A stretch of 64,000 nucleotides of DNA, from contig JABHLR010000005.1 in the NCBI GenBank assembly GCA_018693315.1, positions 11,975-75,974 of the forward strand. The letters are read 5' to 3'. A program made the translations under genes and the position numbers. The notes under the pieces were generated by a model. The model searched no databases and was not told the origin of the DNA. It worked only from the letters and a program-made list of their open reading frames with translations. This DNA comes from an archaeon. Lineage in GTDB: Archaea; Nanobdellota; Nanobdellia; Pacearchaeales; GW2011-AR1. Positions 47,463 through 55,411 of this stretch are shown piece after piece (the stretch's first letter is position 1; each line of letters opens with the position of its first letter).

Positions 47463-47524
47463 ATCTGATTTAATCTGGGAAGGTTTAAATAAGTTGGTTT
47501 ATTTGGTTTAATAAGGAGGTGAAA

Positions 47525-47794
47525 ATGAAATTAACAAAGATTAATTATGTGTCGGCTGTGTTTATTGGAGTGTCTGCTCTGGTGATGTATTTCATCTTGG
47601 GTGTTCTGCAATTGATTCTGTTGTCGCAAGATCCAACTTTGATTGCATTGATGGGGTCTGCTAGTAAGGTTCAGATTCTTGTTTATACTCCGCTTATAGG
47701 TGGTGTTGTTGCATATGTATTTACGCTAGTCATGATTTTAGTTTACAATGTTGTAGCTAAGAAGTTCCCGATTAGCTGGAATATTAAGAAGTAA
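47525..47794 (+). CDS. Small 2-TM membrane protein
   Basis: SD AGGAGGTG; two hydrophobic helices; VYNVVAK motif. Confidence 0.65.
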   Translation: MKLTKINYVSAVFIGVSALVMYFILGVLQLILLSQDPTLIALMGSASKVQILVYTPLIGGVVAYVFTLVMILVYNVVAKKFPISWNIKK

Positions 47795-47813
47795 CTAAAC
47801 TAAATTTTTTATT

Positions 47814-49064
47814 TTATTTTTTATTAAATTCGCTAGAAATATTTTCTAGCATCTTTTTTTCTGTGTTCCATTGTTTGTGACCTAGCACCCAGCCAAGTTT
47901 TACTAGAGCTGTTTCTGGAAGCATGTCTTCTAAAAATATGATTCCGGTTTTTTGGAGATCTCGTCCGGCTGTGTATATGTTTGGGTTTAGTCGGCCGTAG
48001 ATCGTTTGTGGGGTTGCACAGATTGTTACGCCTTTTTTTATTGCTTGTTTTATTTTTGGGAGCCAGTTGAATTTTGCGTCTTGGGTTGGGACCTGTCCGA
48101 TTCCTGTTACTTCTAAAACGATTCCTTTGTATCCTTGCTCTTGGTAGAATTCTAGAATTGCGGGATCTTGTCCTGGGTATACTTGGACTAGTGCGACTTT
48201 GTCTTGGAATTTTGTGTCGAGTTTTGCTTTGTTGTCTGATCGGGCGTTGAATGTTTTCAGAATTTCAATTTTGTCTGAGTTGATTTCTGCGATTGGTGTG
48301 TCGTTGATTATTTTGAATGCGTCTCTTCGTGATGTGTGCATTTTTCTGACTTTGGTTCCTGGCATTGCGACGCATGCTTCGTCGTTTGTGTTCTTGTGTC
48401 CGACTAGTGCGACTTCGGCGACGTCTGATGTTGCGTATTTTGCTGCGCAGATTAGGTTTAGTGAGGCGTCGGTTGATGCTCGGTCTACTGATCGCTGGGA
48501 GTATGTTAGCGCGATTGGTTTGTTTAGGTCTTTGATGAAGAATGATAGTGCGGCTGCGGTGTAGTGGAGAAAGTCGGTTCCTTGGGTTACGATTATTCCG
48601 GAGATTGAATCGTCGTTCAGATATTTCTCGCAGACTTCTGCGATTTTTTTCCAGTCAGAGAATGTCATGTTTTCGGACCATTTCATGAATGGGCTGACTA
48701 GGACTGGGTTGCAGATTTTTTTGAGTTCGGGTGCTATGTTTAGGATTGCTTCTTTGTCGGTTGAGATTACTCCTCCTGATTTTGGATCTAGTCTTGAGGA
48801 GATTGTTCCGCCGGTGATTATGATTGCGACGTTTGGTAGTTTTGGGTTTATCGTTTCTGGGGCTTCTGTTTTTTTTGGGGCTGTTGATTTTTCTAGGATT
48901 GTTGCGTCTAGGATTTCGTTTTCACGGATTCCGATGTTGTAGCCTGAACCTAGCTTTAGGAGGATTATTTCTGGGTCGTGGGATTGGAGGGCGTGGCCTG
49001 TCCATGATTTTTCTTTTGTTTGGAGTTTGACTTTGTCGCCAGGGGAAAATGTTTTTGTCTTCAT
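47814..49064 (-). CDS. gatD: Glu-tRNA(Gln) amidotransferase subunit D
   Basis: KLGSGYNIG N-domain, TGGTISS, QGTD, SQRSVDR, KMHTSRRDAF, DMLPETALVKL. Confidence 0.95.
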   Translation of the reverse strand: MKTKTFSPGDKVKLQTKEKSWTGHALQSHDPEIILLKLGSGYNIGIRENEILDATILEKSTAPKKTEAPETINPKLPNVAIIITGGTISSRLDPKSGGVISTDKEAILNIAPELKKICNPVLVSPFMKWSENMTFSDWKKIAEVCEKYLNDDSISGIIVTQGTDFLHYTAAALSFFIKDLNKPIALTYSQRSVDRASTDASLNLICAAKYATSDVAEVALVGHKNTNDEACVAMPGTKVRKMHTSRRDAFKIINDTPIAEINSDKIEILKTFNARSDNKAKLDTKFQDKVALVQVYPGQDPAILEFYQEQGYKGIVLEVTGIGQVPTQDAKFNWLPKIKQAIKKGVTICATPQTIYGRLNPNIYTAGRDLQKTGIIFLEDMLPETALVKLGWVLGHKQWNTEKKMLENISSEFNKK

Positions 49065-49124
49065 ATATTTAGTAGATAAGTTGATTATATAAATTTTTAT
49101 AAATGGGTTTTTTGTTGGGATTTT

Positions 49125-49697
49125 ATGGCGAATACTGTTTTCCGGAAGGCGAAGGCTGGAGATCTTGAGGGGATTTTCGGATTAGCTAAAAGCTTGAAGG
49201 TTGATTATGACGCCCCTCAGAAAACTGGTTTTTTGGTTTATCCTTTGGATCGTAAGGGGTATGGGCGTAGGATTGATTCGTCTGATTTTTTTTATGTTGC
49301 TGATAATGGCGATGGTATTGTTGGGTTTTTGATGTGTTATGGTGGGGATACTGTGAAAACTTTGATGGAGAGTGGGGATTTGAACCATGAGGATTCTATT
49401 ATAAATGGAATATCTGAGGGGGAATATATTTTTGGGGATCAGGTAGGGGTTTCTTCTGGTGATGCTACGAAGGGAATTGGGACTGGGATGATGGAGAGAC
49501 TTTTTGAGGATATGAGGAAAAAGGGTGTTGGTGTTATGCGTGTTGGGATTTTACATGAGCCGGTTGAGAATGTTGCGTCGAAGACGTTTTGTGAGAAGTT
49601 GGGATTTGTTTATCAAAGCGAGGTGACTACGAGGGACGGACATGTGTGGGGTATTTATGAGTTGAGACCGTTTGGAGATGGTCGTGAAAAGAATTAA
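49125..49697 (+). CDS. GNAT acetyltransferase
   Basis: IVGFL, QVGVS....KGIGT, N.AS..F.EKLGF. Confidence 0.8.
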   Translation: MANTVFRKAKAGDLEGIFGLAKSLKVDYDAPQKTGFLVYPLDRKGYGRRIDSSDFFYVADNGDGIVGFLMCYGGDTVKTLMESGDLNHEDSIINGISEGEYIFGDQVGVSSGDATKGIGTGMMERLFEDMRKKGVGVMRVGILHEPVENVASKTFCEKLGFVYQSEVTTRDGHVWGIYELRPFGDGREKN

Positions 49698-49721
49698 AAA
49701 GTGAAATGAGTAATTGTTTTT

Positions 49722-50393
49722 ATGTGCTTTGCTCCGTATATATCTTTGGCGACGTTTGTTATAGAATTTTCACTGGCTTTGTTTTTTTTGCTTAGAGATC
49801 CGCGGGATAATCTCAATAGGATGCTTGCGTTGATTTCGTTTTTGCTTGGATTTTATCAGCTTAATGAGTTTTTGATTTGTACTACTGGGTTTAATTTGTT
49901 TTCTAGGCTCGCTGTGATTACTACTAGTCTTCTTCCGGTTTTGGCGGTATTTTTTGCGTTGATTGTTTTTAGAAAGAAGTTGAGGTTTTATTGGCGTATT
50001 TTAATTTGTGCGCCTGCGGTTTTTTTTGTTTTGATGTTTGCGATTTCGGATATTCTTAGAGAGTCTGCCACTTGTATGACGATATTTATTCAGTATCCTT
50101 ATTTTGGTTTGGTGTGGAGATTTTTGGGTTTGTATTATATTGTGTATTTGGTTGCGGCGTTGATTTTGTTTTATTTCGCGTCTTTGTCTGTTAAGACGAA
50201 AGAGGAGCGAAGGTTGTCTCACTTGGGTATGTTGGCGATGTTGATTTTTACTGTTCCGACTTTTGTGTTTTTGCTTTTCTTGCCGGTTTTTAATGTTCAG
50301 TTCCCTAGTGTTCTTTGTGAGTTTGGTTTGCTTTTGGCGATTGAGCTTATTGTTCTTATTTGGTATAAAGAAAAGCATAATTTGAAATATTAG
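49722..50393 (+). CDS. 7-TM membrane protein (HisKA N-terminal 7TM-like)
   Basis: About seven hydrophobic helices; YQLNEFLIC, FPSVLC. Confidence 0.65.
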   Translation: MCFAPYISLATFVIEFSLALFFLLRDPRDNLNRMLALISFLLGFYQLNEFLICTTGFNLFSRLAVITTSLLPVLAVFFALIVFRKKLRFYWRILICAPAVFFVLMFAISDILRESATCMTIFIQYPYFGLVWRFLGLYYIVYLVAALILFYFASLSVKTKEERRLSHLGMLAMLIFTVPTFVFLLFLPVFNVQFPSVLCEFGLLLAIELIVLIWYKEKHNLKY

Positions 50394-50433
50394 TCTTAGT
50401 TAGATTTAAAATATAGTTATTCTATTGATTGTT

Positions 50434-51819
50434 ATGAGTGAGAAAGCGTTTCCGGTGAAGATTGGTTTGGAGGTTCATGGGTATCTTGATACTCGGGAGA
50501 AGTTGTTTTGTATGTGTAAGACTGATAGTTTGAGCTCATCCGTTAATTCTAATATTTGTCCGATTTGTACGGGGACTCCTGGTTCGAAGCCGATGGCTGT
50601 TAATGCTGCGGCTGTTGATAAGTTGCTTGAGATTGCTTTGGTTTTTGGGTCTAAGATTAACTATAAGGATTTGATTTGGCAGAGGAAGCATTATGATTGG
50701 GCGGATAATCCTAAGGGGTATCAGACGACGATTTCGGGGGCTCATGCGACGACTAATGCGGTTGGAGGTAAGTTTAAGGGGATAAATATAACAGAGCTTC
50801 ATTTGGAGGAGGATCCGGCGCAGTGGAATCCTGGGACTGGGAAAATTGATTATAATAGATCGGGATTGCCGTTGGTTGAGATCGTTACGGAGCCTGAATT
50901 TAGTGATAGTGAGCAGGTTGTTGAGTGGTTGAAGGCTTTGGTTTTGAGTTTGAGTTATATTAAGGCGGTGAGGAAGAATGCGGGGATTAAGGTTGATGTT
51001 AATGTTTCGACTTATGGTGAGAGGGTTGAGATGAAGAATTTGAATTCCTTAGAGAAGATTCGGAAGGCTATTGAATATGAGATCGCGCGGCAGATTGAGG
51101 CGCATGATAATGGGGAGGTTCAGGAGAGGGAGACTTTGGCGTTTGATGAGAAGCTTGGGAAGACGATTAAGATGAGGAGTAAAGAAGGGGCTGCGGATTA
51201 TAGGTTTATTAGGGATCCTGATTTGCCGATGATTGTTGTGGATAAGAAACGTGTTGGTGAGTTGAAGAGGGGACTGCCTGAGATGCCTGAGAAGAAGTTG
51301 TCGAAGTTGTTGACTAAGTTTAAGGTTGGGGAGAAGGATGCTAAGATACTTACTCGAAATCTAGAGCTTGTCGAATTCTTCGAGAAGCTCGTGGAATTTG
51401 GAGTAGACCCGGGGAGGTACATGTCTTGGATTACGATTGAGTTGTTGAGGGTTTTGAATTATAATAAGAAGTCGCTTGAAGATGAGGATGTTGAGGTTAA
51501 ACCTGAGCATTTGGCGGAGTTGATTAAGGTGGTTGCTGCTGGTGAGATTACTGTTTTGAAGGGGAAGCAGATTATGAATGATATGATTCCGAAGTCGTTT
51601 AGTTTGAAGGATCATAAGGGGGAGATATCTAGTATTGATGAGAGTGCGATAGAGAATCTTTGTCAACAGGTAATTGATGAGAATTTGAAGGTGGTGACCG
51701 AGTATAAAGGTGGGAAGGATGCTAGCTTGAATTATTTAATTGGGCAGGTTATGAGGCTGAGTGAGAGGCGGGCTGATTTTAAGGTCGCTGGGGATTGTTT
51801 GAAGAGGTTGATAGGATGA
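50434..51819 (+). CDS. gatB: Asp-tRNA(Asn)/Glu-tRNA(Gln) amidotransferase subunit B
   Basis: IGLEVH, KLFC, CPICTG.PG, RKHY..D.PKGYQ, HLEED, DYNRSGLPLVEIVTEP, MRSKE..DYRF..DPDL. Confidence 0.95.
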   Translation: MSEKAFPVKIGLEVHGYLDTREKLFCMCKTDSLSSSVNSNICPICTGTPGSKPMAVNAAAVDKLLEIALVFGSKINYKDLIWQRKHYDWADNPKGYQTTISGAHATTNAVGGKFKGINITELHLEEDPAQWNPGTGKIDYNRSGLPLVEIVTEPEFSDSEQVVEWLKALVLSLSYIKAVRKNAGIKVDVNVSTYGERVEMKNLNSLEKIRKAIEYEIARQIEAHDNGEVQERETLAFDEKLGKTIKMRSKEGAADYRFIRDPDLPMIVVDKKRVGELKRGLPEMPEKKLSKLLTKFKVGEKDAKILTRNLELVEFFEKLVEFGVDPGRYMSWITIELLRVLNYNKKSLEDEDVEVKPEHLAELIKVVAAGEITVLKGKQIMNDMIPKSFSLKDHKGEISSIDESAIENLCQQVIDENLKVVTEYKGGKDASLNYLIGQVMRLSERRADFKVAGDCLKRLIG

Positions 51820-52061
51820 AAAGGTGGGCGAAGGTTTTGTTGGTGATTGCGATTGTTTGGATTGTTTTATCTGTTTTTCTTTCTTTTTATTTGTGCAGAG
51901 CTGTAGATAAAAATGTGGCTTGTATGCAGGAGGGCTATTGTCCTGTTAGGAATAACTGTCATTTTGTTGATATGCTTTTGTGGTCTTTTGTTTTAGATAT
52001 TCCTGCGTGGATAATGTTTATTGTTGTGGCTATTTTGGGAAGAAGTAAGGGAAAGAAATAA
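51816..52061 (+). CDS. Small 2-TM protein with Cys loop
   Basis: ATGA overlap with the gatB stop; TM-C..C..C..C-TM-basic tail. Confidence 0.6.
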   Translation: MKRWAKVLLVIAIVWIVLSVFLSFYLCRAVDKNVACMQEGYCPVRNNCHFVDMLLWSFVLDIPAWIMFIVVAILGRSKGKK

Positions 52062-52113
52062 TTCTGTATTAAATTAAAAGGAAAGTAAAGAGAACCTTGG
52101 TTCTTTTTGTTGT

Positions 52114-52154
52114 GGAGCGTAGCGATTACATGTGGTGTGGTGGTGGTGTTGAGG
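52114..52154 (+). repeat. Intergenic repeat, copy 1 (also at 53859..53917)
   Basis: GGAGCGTAGCGATTACATGTGG (22/22 identical to 53859) continuing TGTGGTGGTGGTGTTGAGG. Confidence 0.8.
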
Positions 52155-52156
52155 GG

Positions 52157-52330
52157 ATGGGGAGATTGGATAGTCTTTCAGAGAAAGAGATTGATGAGTT
52201 GGCGAAGATTATGGATGTTGGGTTTCTTCAGGATGATTTAGATAGGGATGATAAGATTCTTGTTTTGTCTTCAGAGGCTGAAGAGAAAATTAATGATGGG
52301 TTGAAGAAACTTGGTGGGGGCTCGAAATAA
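52157..52330 (+). CDS. Small acidic hypothetical protein
   Basis: MGRLDSLSEKEIDELAKIMD..; GAGGGG upstream. Confidence 0.5.
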   Translation: MGRLDSLSEKEIDELAKIMDVGFLQDDLDRDDKILVLSSEAEEKINDGLKKLGGGSK

Positions 52331-52331
52331 T

Positions 52332-52410
52332 GGTTATGAGGTTGAGTGAGAGAAGGGCTGATTTTAAACAGGCGACGGAAATTATAAAAAGGTTGTTGGG
52401 GGATAAATAA
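52332..52410 (+). repeat. Extra copy of the gatB 3' end (alternative allele remnant)
   Basis: 52332-52367 is 33/36 identical to gatB 51747-51782; reads VMRLSERRADFKQATEIIKRLLGDK* vs GatB VMRLSERRADFKVAGDCLKRLIG*. Confidence 0.85.
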
Positions 52411-52411
52411 G

Positions 52412-52609
52412 ATGACTAGTGATAGAATAAGTGGTAAAGGGTTAGGTGATTTTGCCCTAGCTGAGGTTGATGCAGCTGATGCAGCTTCTGGTGATTCTTA
52501 TCGCGCATCTATGGGGAGTGATATATGGGGTGTTAGTAATAATACTGGTGCGTCTAGTGAATCTGTTTTGAGTTATGCGGCTAGCTTGGTGGATCAAGAC
52601 GATGTTTGA
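52412..52609 (+). CDS. Small hypothetical protein
   Basis: Starts 1 nt after the gatB-remnant stop; its TGA is the start of the next gatB-end copy. Confidence 0.5.
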   Translation: MTSDRISGKGLGDFALAEVDAADAASGDSYRASMGSDIWGVSNNTGASSESVLSYAASLVDQDDV

Positions 52610-52645
52610 TTTTAAGGTTGCTGGGGATTGTTTGAAGAGGTTGAT
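52607..52645 (+). repeat. Second extra copy of the gatB 3' end
   Basis: TGATTTTAAGGTTGCTGGGGATTGTTTGAAGAGGTTGAT, 38/39 identical to 51774-51812. Confidence 0.9.
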
Positions 52646-52647
52646 TA

Positions 52648-53427
52648 ATGGTTAATTATGTTGATGAGAATGGTTATAAGAGAGGAAAAATAAAACATTC
52701 AGATTTAATTCACAGACAGATTGCATATGAATTTATTTATAAAAAAAATAAAGGAAAATATTCTAAACCTTTTTCTTCGTATATTGTTCATCATATAGAT
52801 GGCGATAAGAAAAATAATGATATAAGCAATTTGCAAATTATGACTCAGAAGAAACATGAAAAAGTTCATGGGATTATAAGAACAAAAAAAGAAAGAGACT
52901 TATTTGAATTTGAGGAGAAGATTAGAAAGAAAAAGATTCATCCATTAAATGCTGAGTCAATCTCTAAAATAATAAAACAAAACAAAATTTCAAGAAGTAA
53001 TTTGGAGAGAGTTTCAAAATTAAAGAACGTAAAGAAAGCTGAAAAAAAGAAAAGGAATAAAAGAAGGAAGATGTTTTTTGGTTTGATTGTTTTGTTTGTC
53101 GTTTTGTTTGGAATTTTTATTTTTAATGGAGAAGAGGTTAGTCAGAATGCGAATCAGGTTGTTAAGCAAGTTGAAGAAGTTGAACCTTATGAGATTTTAA
53201 TAGATAAATATACAATGATTATAAAAAATAATCAAGACGAAGATATTAATTTGACAATTGTTTATCAAAGATATTCTAAGTGGTTTGGGATAGATGAGGT
53301 AAAAGAGGTGGATGTAGTATTGCTTCCGAATGAAGAGAGGAAAATTGTTGATGAGGGATTTTCTTCAAATAGTGGATGTTCTACTTCTCCGTGTCAATTA
53401 ATTCTAAAAGATGTTATAGTCAACTAA
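52648..53427 (+). CDS. HNH endonuclease-domain protein with TM anchor
   Basis: LIHRQIA..VHHIDGDKKNNDISNL....HEKVH (HNH_3-like); Lys-rich linker; TM MFFGLIVLFVVLFGIFIF; A-rich composition. Confidence 0.8.
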   Translation: MVNYVDENGYKRGKIKHSDLIHRQIAYEFIYKKNKGKYSKPFSSYIVHHIDGDKKNNDISNLQIMTQKKHEKVHGIIRTKKERDLFEFEEKIRKKKIHPLNAESISKIIKQNKISRSNLERVSKLKNVKKAEKKKRNKRRKMFFGLIVLFVVLFGIFIFNGEEVSQNANQVVKQVEEVEPYEILIDKYTMIIKNNQDEDINLTIVYQRYSKWFGIDEVKEVDVVLLPNEERKIVDEGFSSNSGCSTSPCQLILKDVIVN

Positions 53428-53816
53428 TGGGAATTATAGAAATTATCGAAAATGCTCCTGCTTGGAAGAAGTGGCTGGGCGCGTCATCTCTCATATTTAT
53501 AATAGCTTTTTTAATTGTTGTTTCAGTTTTTGGAGGGAATGAGGTGGTGACTCTTCCGTCAGATGTTGCAGAAATAAGGCAGAATGCTACAGAATTAGTT
53601 GTCGAGGAAACTGTAAGTGCAGGGGGTGAGATAGCGGGTGCGTTTGCAGATGCAGGAAAAGAAATGGCAAAAACAGTTGATGATCCAATTCTTAGTGCAC
53701 AAATTATTTTTTTAATGTGGCTTTTGGGGGTTTTACTTGCATTTGCTCTGTTTTTAAAAATGTTAGAGGTCGTGGGCATTGATATTGATGCTATTATTAA
53801 AAGTTTAAATAAATAA
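53427..53816 (+). CDS. 2-TM membrane protein
   Basis: TAATG coupling to the HNH gene; two hydrophobic helices. Confidence 0.65.
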   Translation: MGIIEIIENAPAWKKWLGASSLIFIIAFLIVVSVFGGNEVVTLPSDVAEIRQNATELVVEETVSAGGEIAGAFADAGKEMAKTVDDPILSAQIIFLMWLLGVLLAFALFLKMLEVVGIDIDAIIKSLNK

Positions 53817-53858
53817 TTCTAAGTTACACGAGCGGAGCGATTGGTTGAATAATTTACG

Positions 53859-53917
53859 GGAGCGTAGCGATTACATGTGGAGGAGCGATTATATGTGGTG
53901 TGGTGTTGGTGTTGAGG
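53859..53917 (+). repeat. Intergenic repeat, copy 2 with internal tandem duplication
   Basis: GGAGCGTAGCGATTACATGTGG-AGG-AGCGATTATATGTGGTGTGGTGTTGGTGTTGAGG; partial AGCGGAGCGATT at 53831. Confidence 0.8.
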
Positions 53918-54016
53918 CACTGCTGTAAGTACCCTCTGTGGAGGGCAGGATGGGAGAAGATTGTTGGGAGGCAGGGAGAGAGGAAGATTTTTAAGAGTGT
54001 GAATTTCTGAGATTGG

Positions 54017-54415
54017 ATGGAAAATAGAGCGTCGGAATATTTTGATAGTAAATTTCGGAAGTGTAAGCAGAGGATTAGGTTGGCTTTTGCTGGAGTTGTT
54101 CTTGGGACGGTTTGTTCTATTGGCGGGGTGATGCTTAATGGTGGAAAATTCTTGGCGCGAGATTCGGGGAAGAGTTTTGTTGAGAAGCGGGTTAGTGATT
54201 CGCTTGTGCTTGGCGGAGGTTTGTTGACTGCCTCTAGTATGGTTGGGGTGTTATTGTGTACTGCGAAGGATGATAAGCTGAAGAAGGAGAGGCGTGAGTT
54301 GGATAGACAGATGATTAAGGCTGATATTTATTCTAGGGAATTTGATCGTCGAGAAGAGATGTTGTCTGGTGGTAATAAGTATGGTGGGGTTAGGGATTTG
54401 TATAAGTGTAATTGA
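54017..54415 (+). CDS. 2-TM hypothetical protein
   Basis: Two hydrophobic helices; TATA TTTTTAA upstream. Confidence 0.6.
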   Translation: MENRASEYFDSKFRKCKQRIRLAFAGVVLGTVCSIGGVMLNGGKFLARDSGKSFVEKRVSDSLVLGGGLLTASSMVGVLLCTAKDDKLKKERRELDRQMIKADIYSREFDRREEMLSGGNKYGGVRDLYKCN

Positions 54416-54468
54416 GGTTTGGGGAGTTGGGGGATTAATTTTATATAGTTTAGAATGTTGGTGGATGT

Positions 54469-54849
54469 ATGAAGAAGTGGTTAGTAATTTTAGTTGTTTT
54501 AGTTGTTGTGATTTTTGCAGCTGCGCTTGTTTATATCTTTAATGAAGATGAGGTTGAATCAGATAAAGGGAGAGGTGTTTATTATCATGAGCAGGGGTTT
54601 GTTTTGGGTAGCTGTTTAGAGTGGGATGAATTTGACAATGGAGATTCTGGTGCAGGGACGGTTTACACAGAGTATTATCATAAGGAAGATGGTCTGATTG
54701 GAAAGTGTTGGTCTTATCATGGGCCTGGTTCTTCTGGTGGCGCGGGGACCGGTTGTGATACTGATGAGCTATTGGGAGATGCGATAGAAGAGAGTGCTCT
54801 TGGTGGGAAAAGGTTTCCAAAATATGATTGTGATATATATGAAGAATAA
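54469..54849 (+). CDS. Membrane-anchored secreted protein
   Basis: MKKWLVILVVLVVVIFAAALVYIF; 4 Cys; TATA TTTTATATA upstream. Confidence 0.65.
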   Translation: MKKWLVILVVLVVVIFAAALVYIFNEDEVESDKGRGVYYHEQGFVLGSCLEWDEFDNGDSGAGTVYTEYYHKEDGLIGKCWSYHGPGSSGGAGTGCDTDELLGDAIEESALGGKRFPKYDCDIYEE

Positions 54850-54879
54850 TTTTATATAGTTGTTGTGGGTTTTTATTGG

Positions 54880-55026
54880 ATGGCATGGGAATTGGATTTG
54901 AAGGAGAGATCCGGGGTTAATAGGAAACATGTTTATTCTGGAAGTAGGGAGAGTCCGGTTTATGAGTTGACTAAGGAGTGGGAAGAGAATCCGTTTAGGT
55001 TTACTTATTTTGGTAATGAGTGGTAG
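54880..55026 (+). CDS. 48-aa hypothetical (not in ORF track)
   Basis: MAWELDLKERSGVNRKHVYSGSRESPVYELTKEWEENPFRFTYFGNEW*; TATA TTTTATATA at ~54850. Confidence 0.4.
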   Translation: MAWELDLKERSGVNRKHVYSGSRESPVYELTKEWEENPFRFTYFGNEW

Positions 55027-55079
55027 TGTCTATTCTGTAGTGCAATAATTTTTATAAAGTATTTTTTTGTGTTGTTTGG

Positions 55080-55373
55080 ATGAGTCGCGGTAATGAGCAA
55101 ACGTATGATTGTCCTGATTGTGGCGAGGAGGGTGCAACTTTGGATTTTGGTCTTGGTTGTTCTAAGGTGAATGAGTTTAACATATGTTCTGAAACTGGTG
55201 ATTACTGTCCTGTGTGGACGAGTTCTGAGGCTGCTGATGCGCGCGAGACTAAGGCGAGGGGGCTTGAGGGATCTGATTTTTTTGATGGAGATGGTTTGGG
55301 CGAAGACGCGGCTGAGGTTTTACGAGGGCTTGATGATGACGATGGTTATGGTAATCATTATGATATTGATTAG
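55080..55373 (+). CDS. Small acidic Zn-binding hypothetical protein
   Basis: CPDCG..C..C..C; TATA TTTTATAAA upstream. Confidence 0.55.
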   Translation: MSRGNEQTYDCPDCGEEGATLDFGLGCSKVNEFNICSETGDYCPVWTSSEAADARETKARGLEGSDFFDGDGLGEDAAEVLRGLDDDDGYGNHYDID

Positions 55374-55411
55374 GGCGATTGTTTTATAAGTGTTGGAGTT
55401 TTTGTTGGGGG

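Noticed and set aside
52114-53917. CRISPR repeats
   Set aside because: Only two to three copies 1.7 kb apart, with genes between them.
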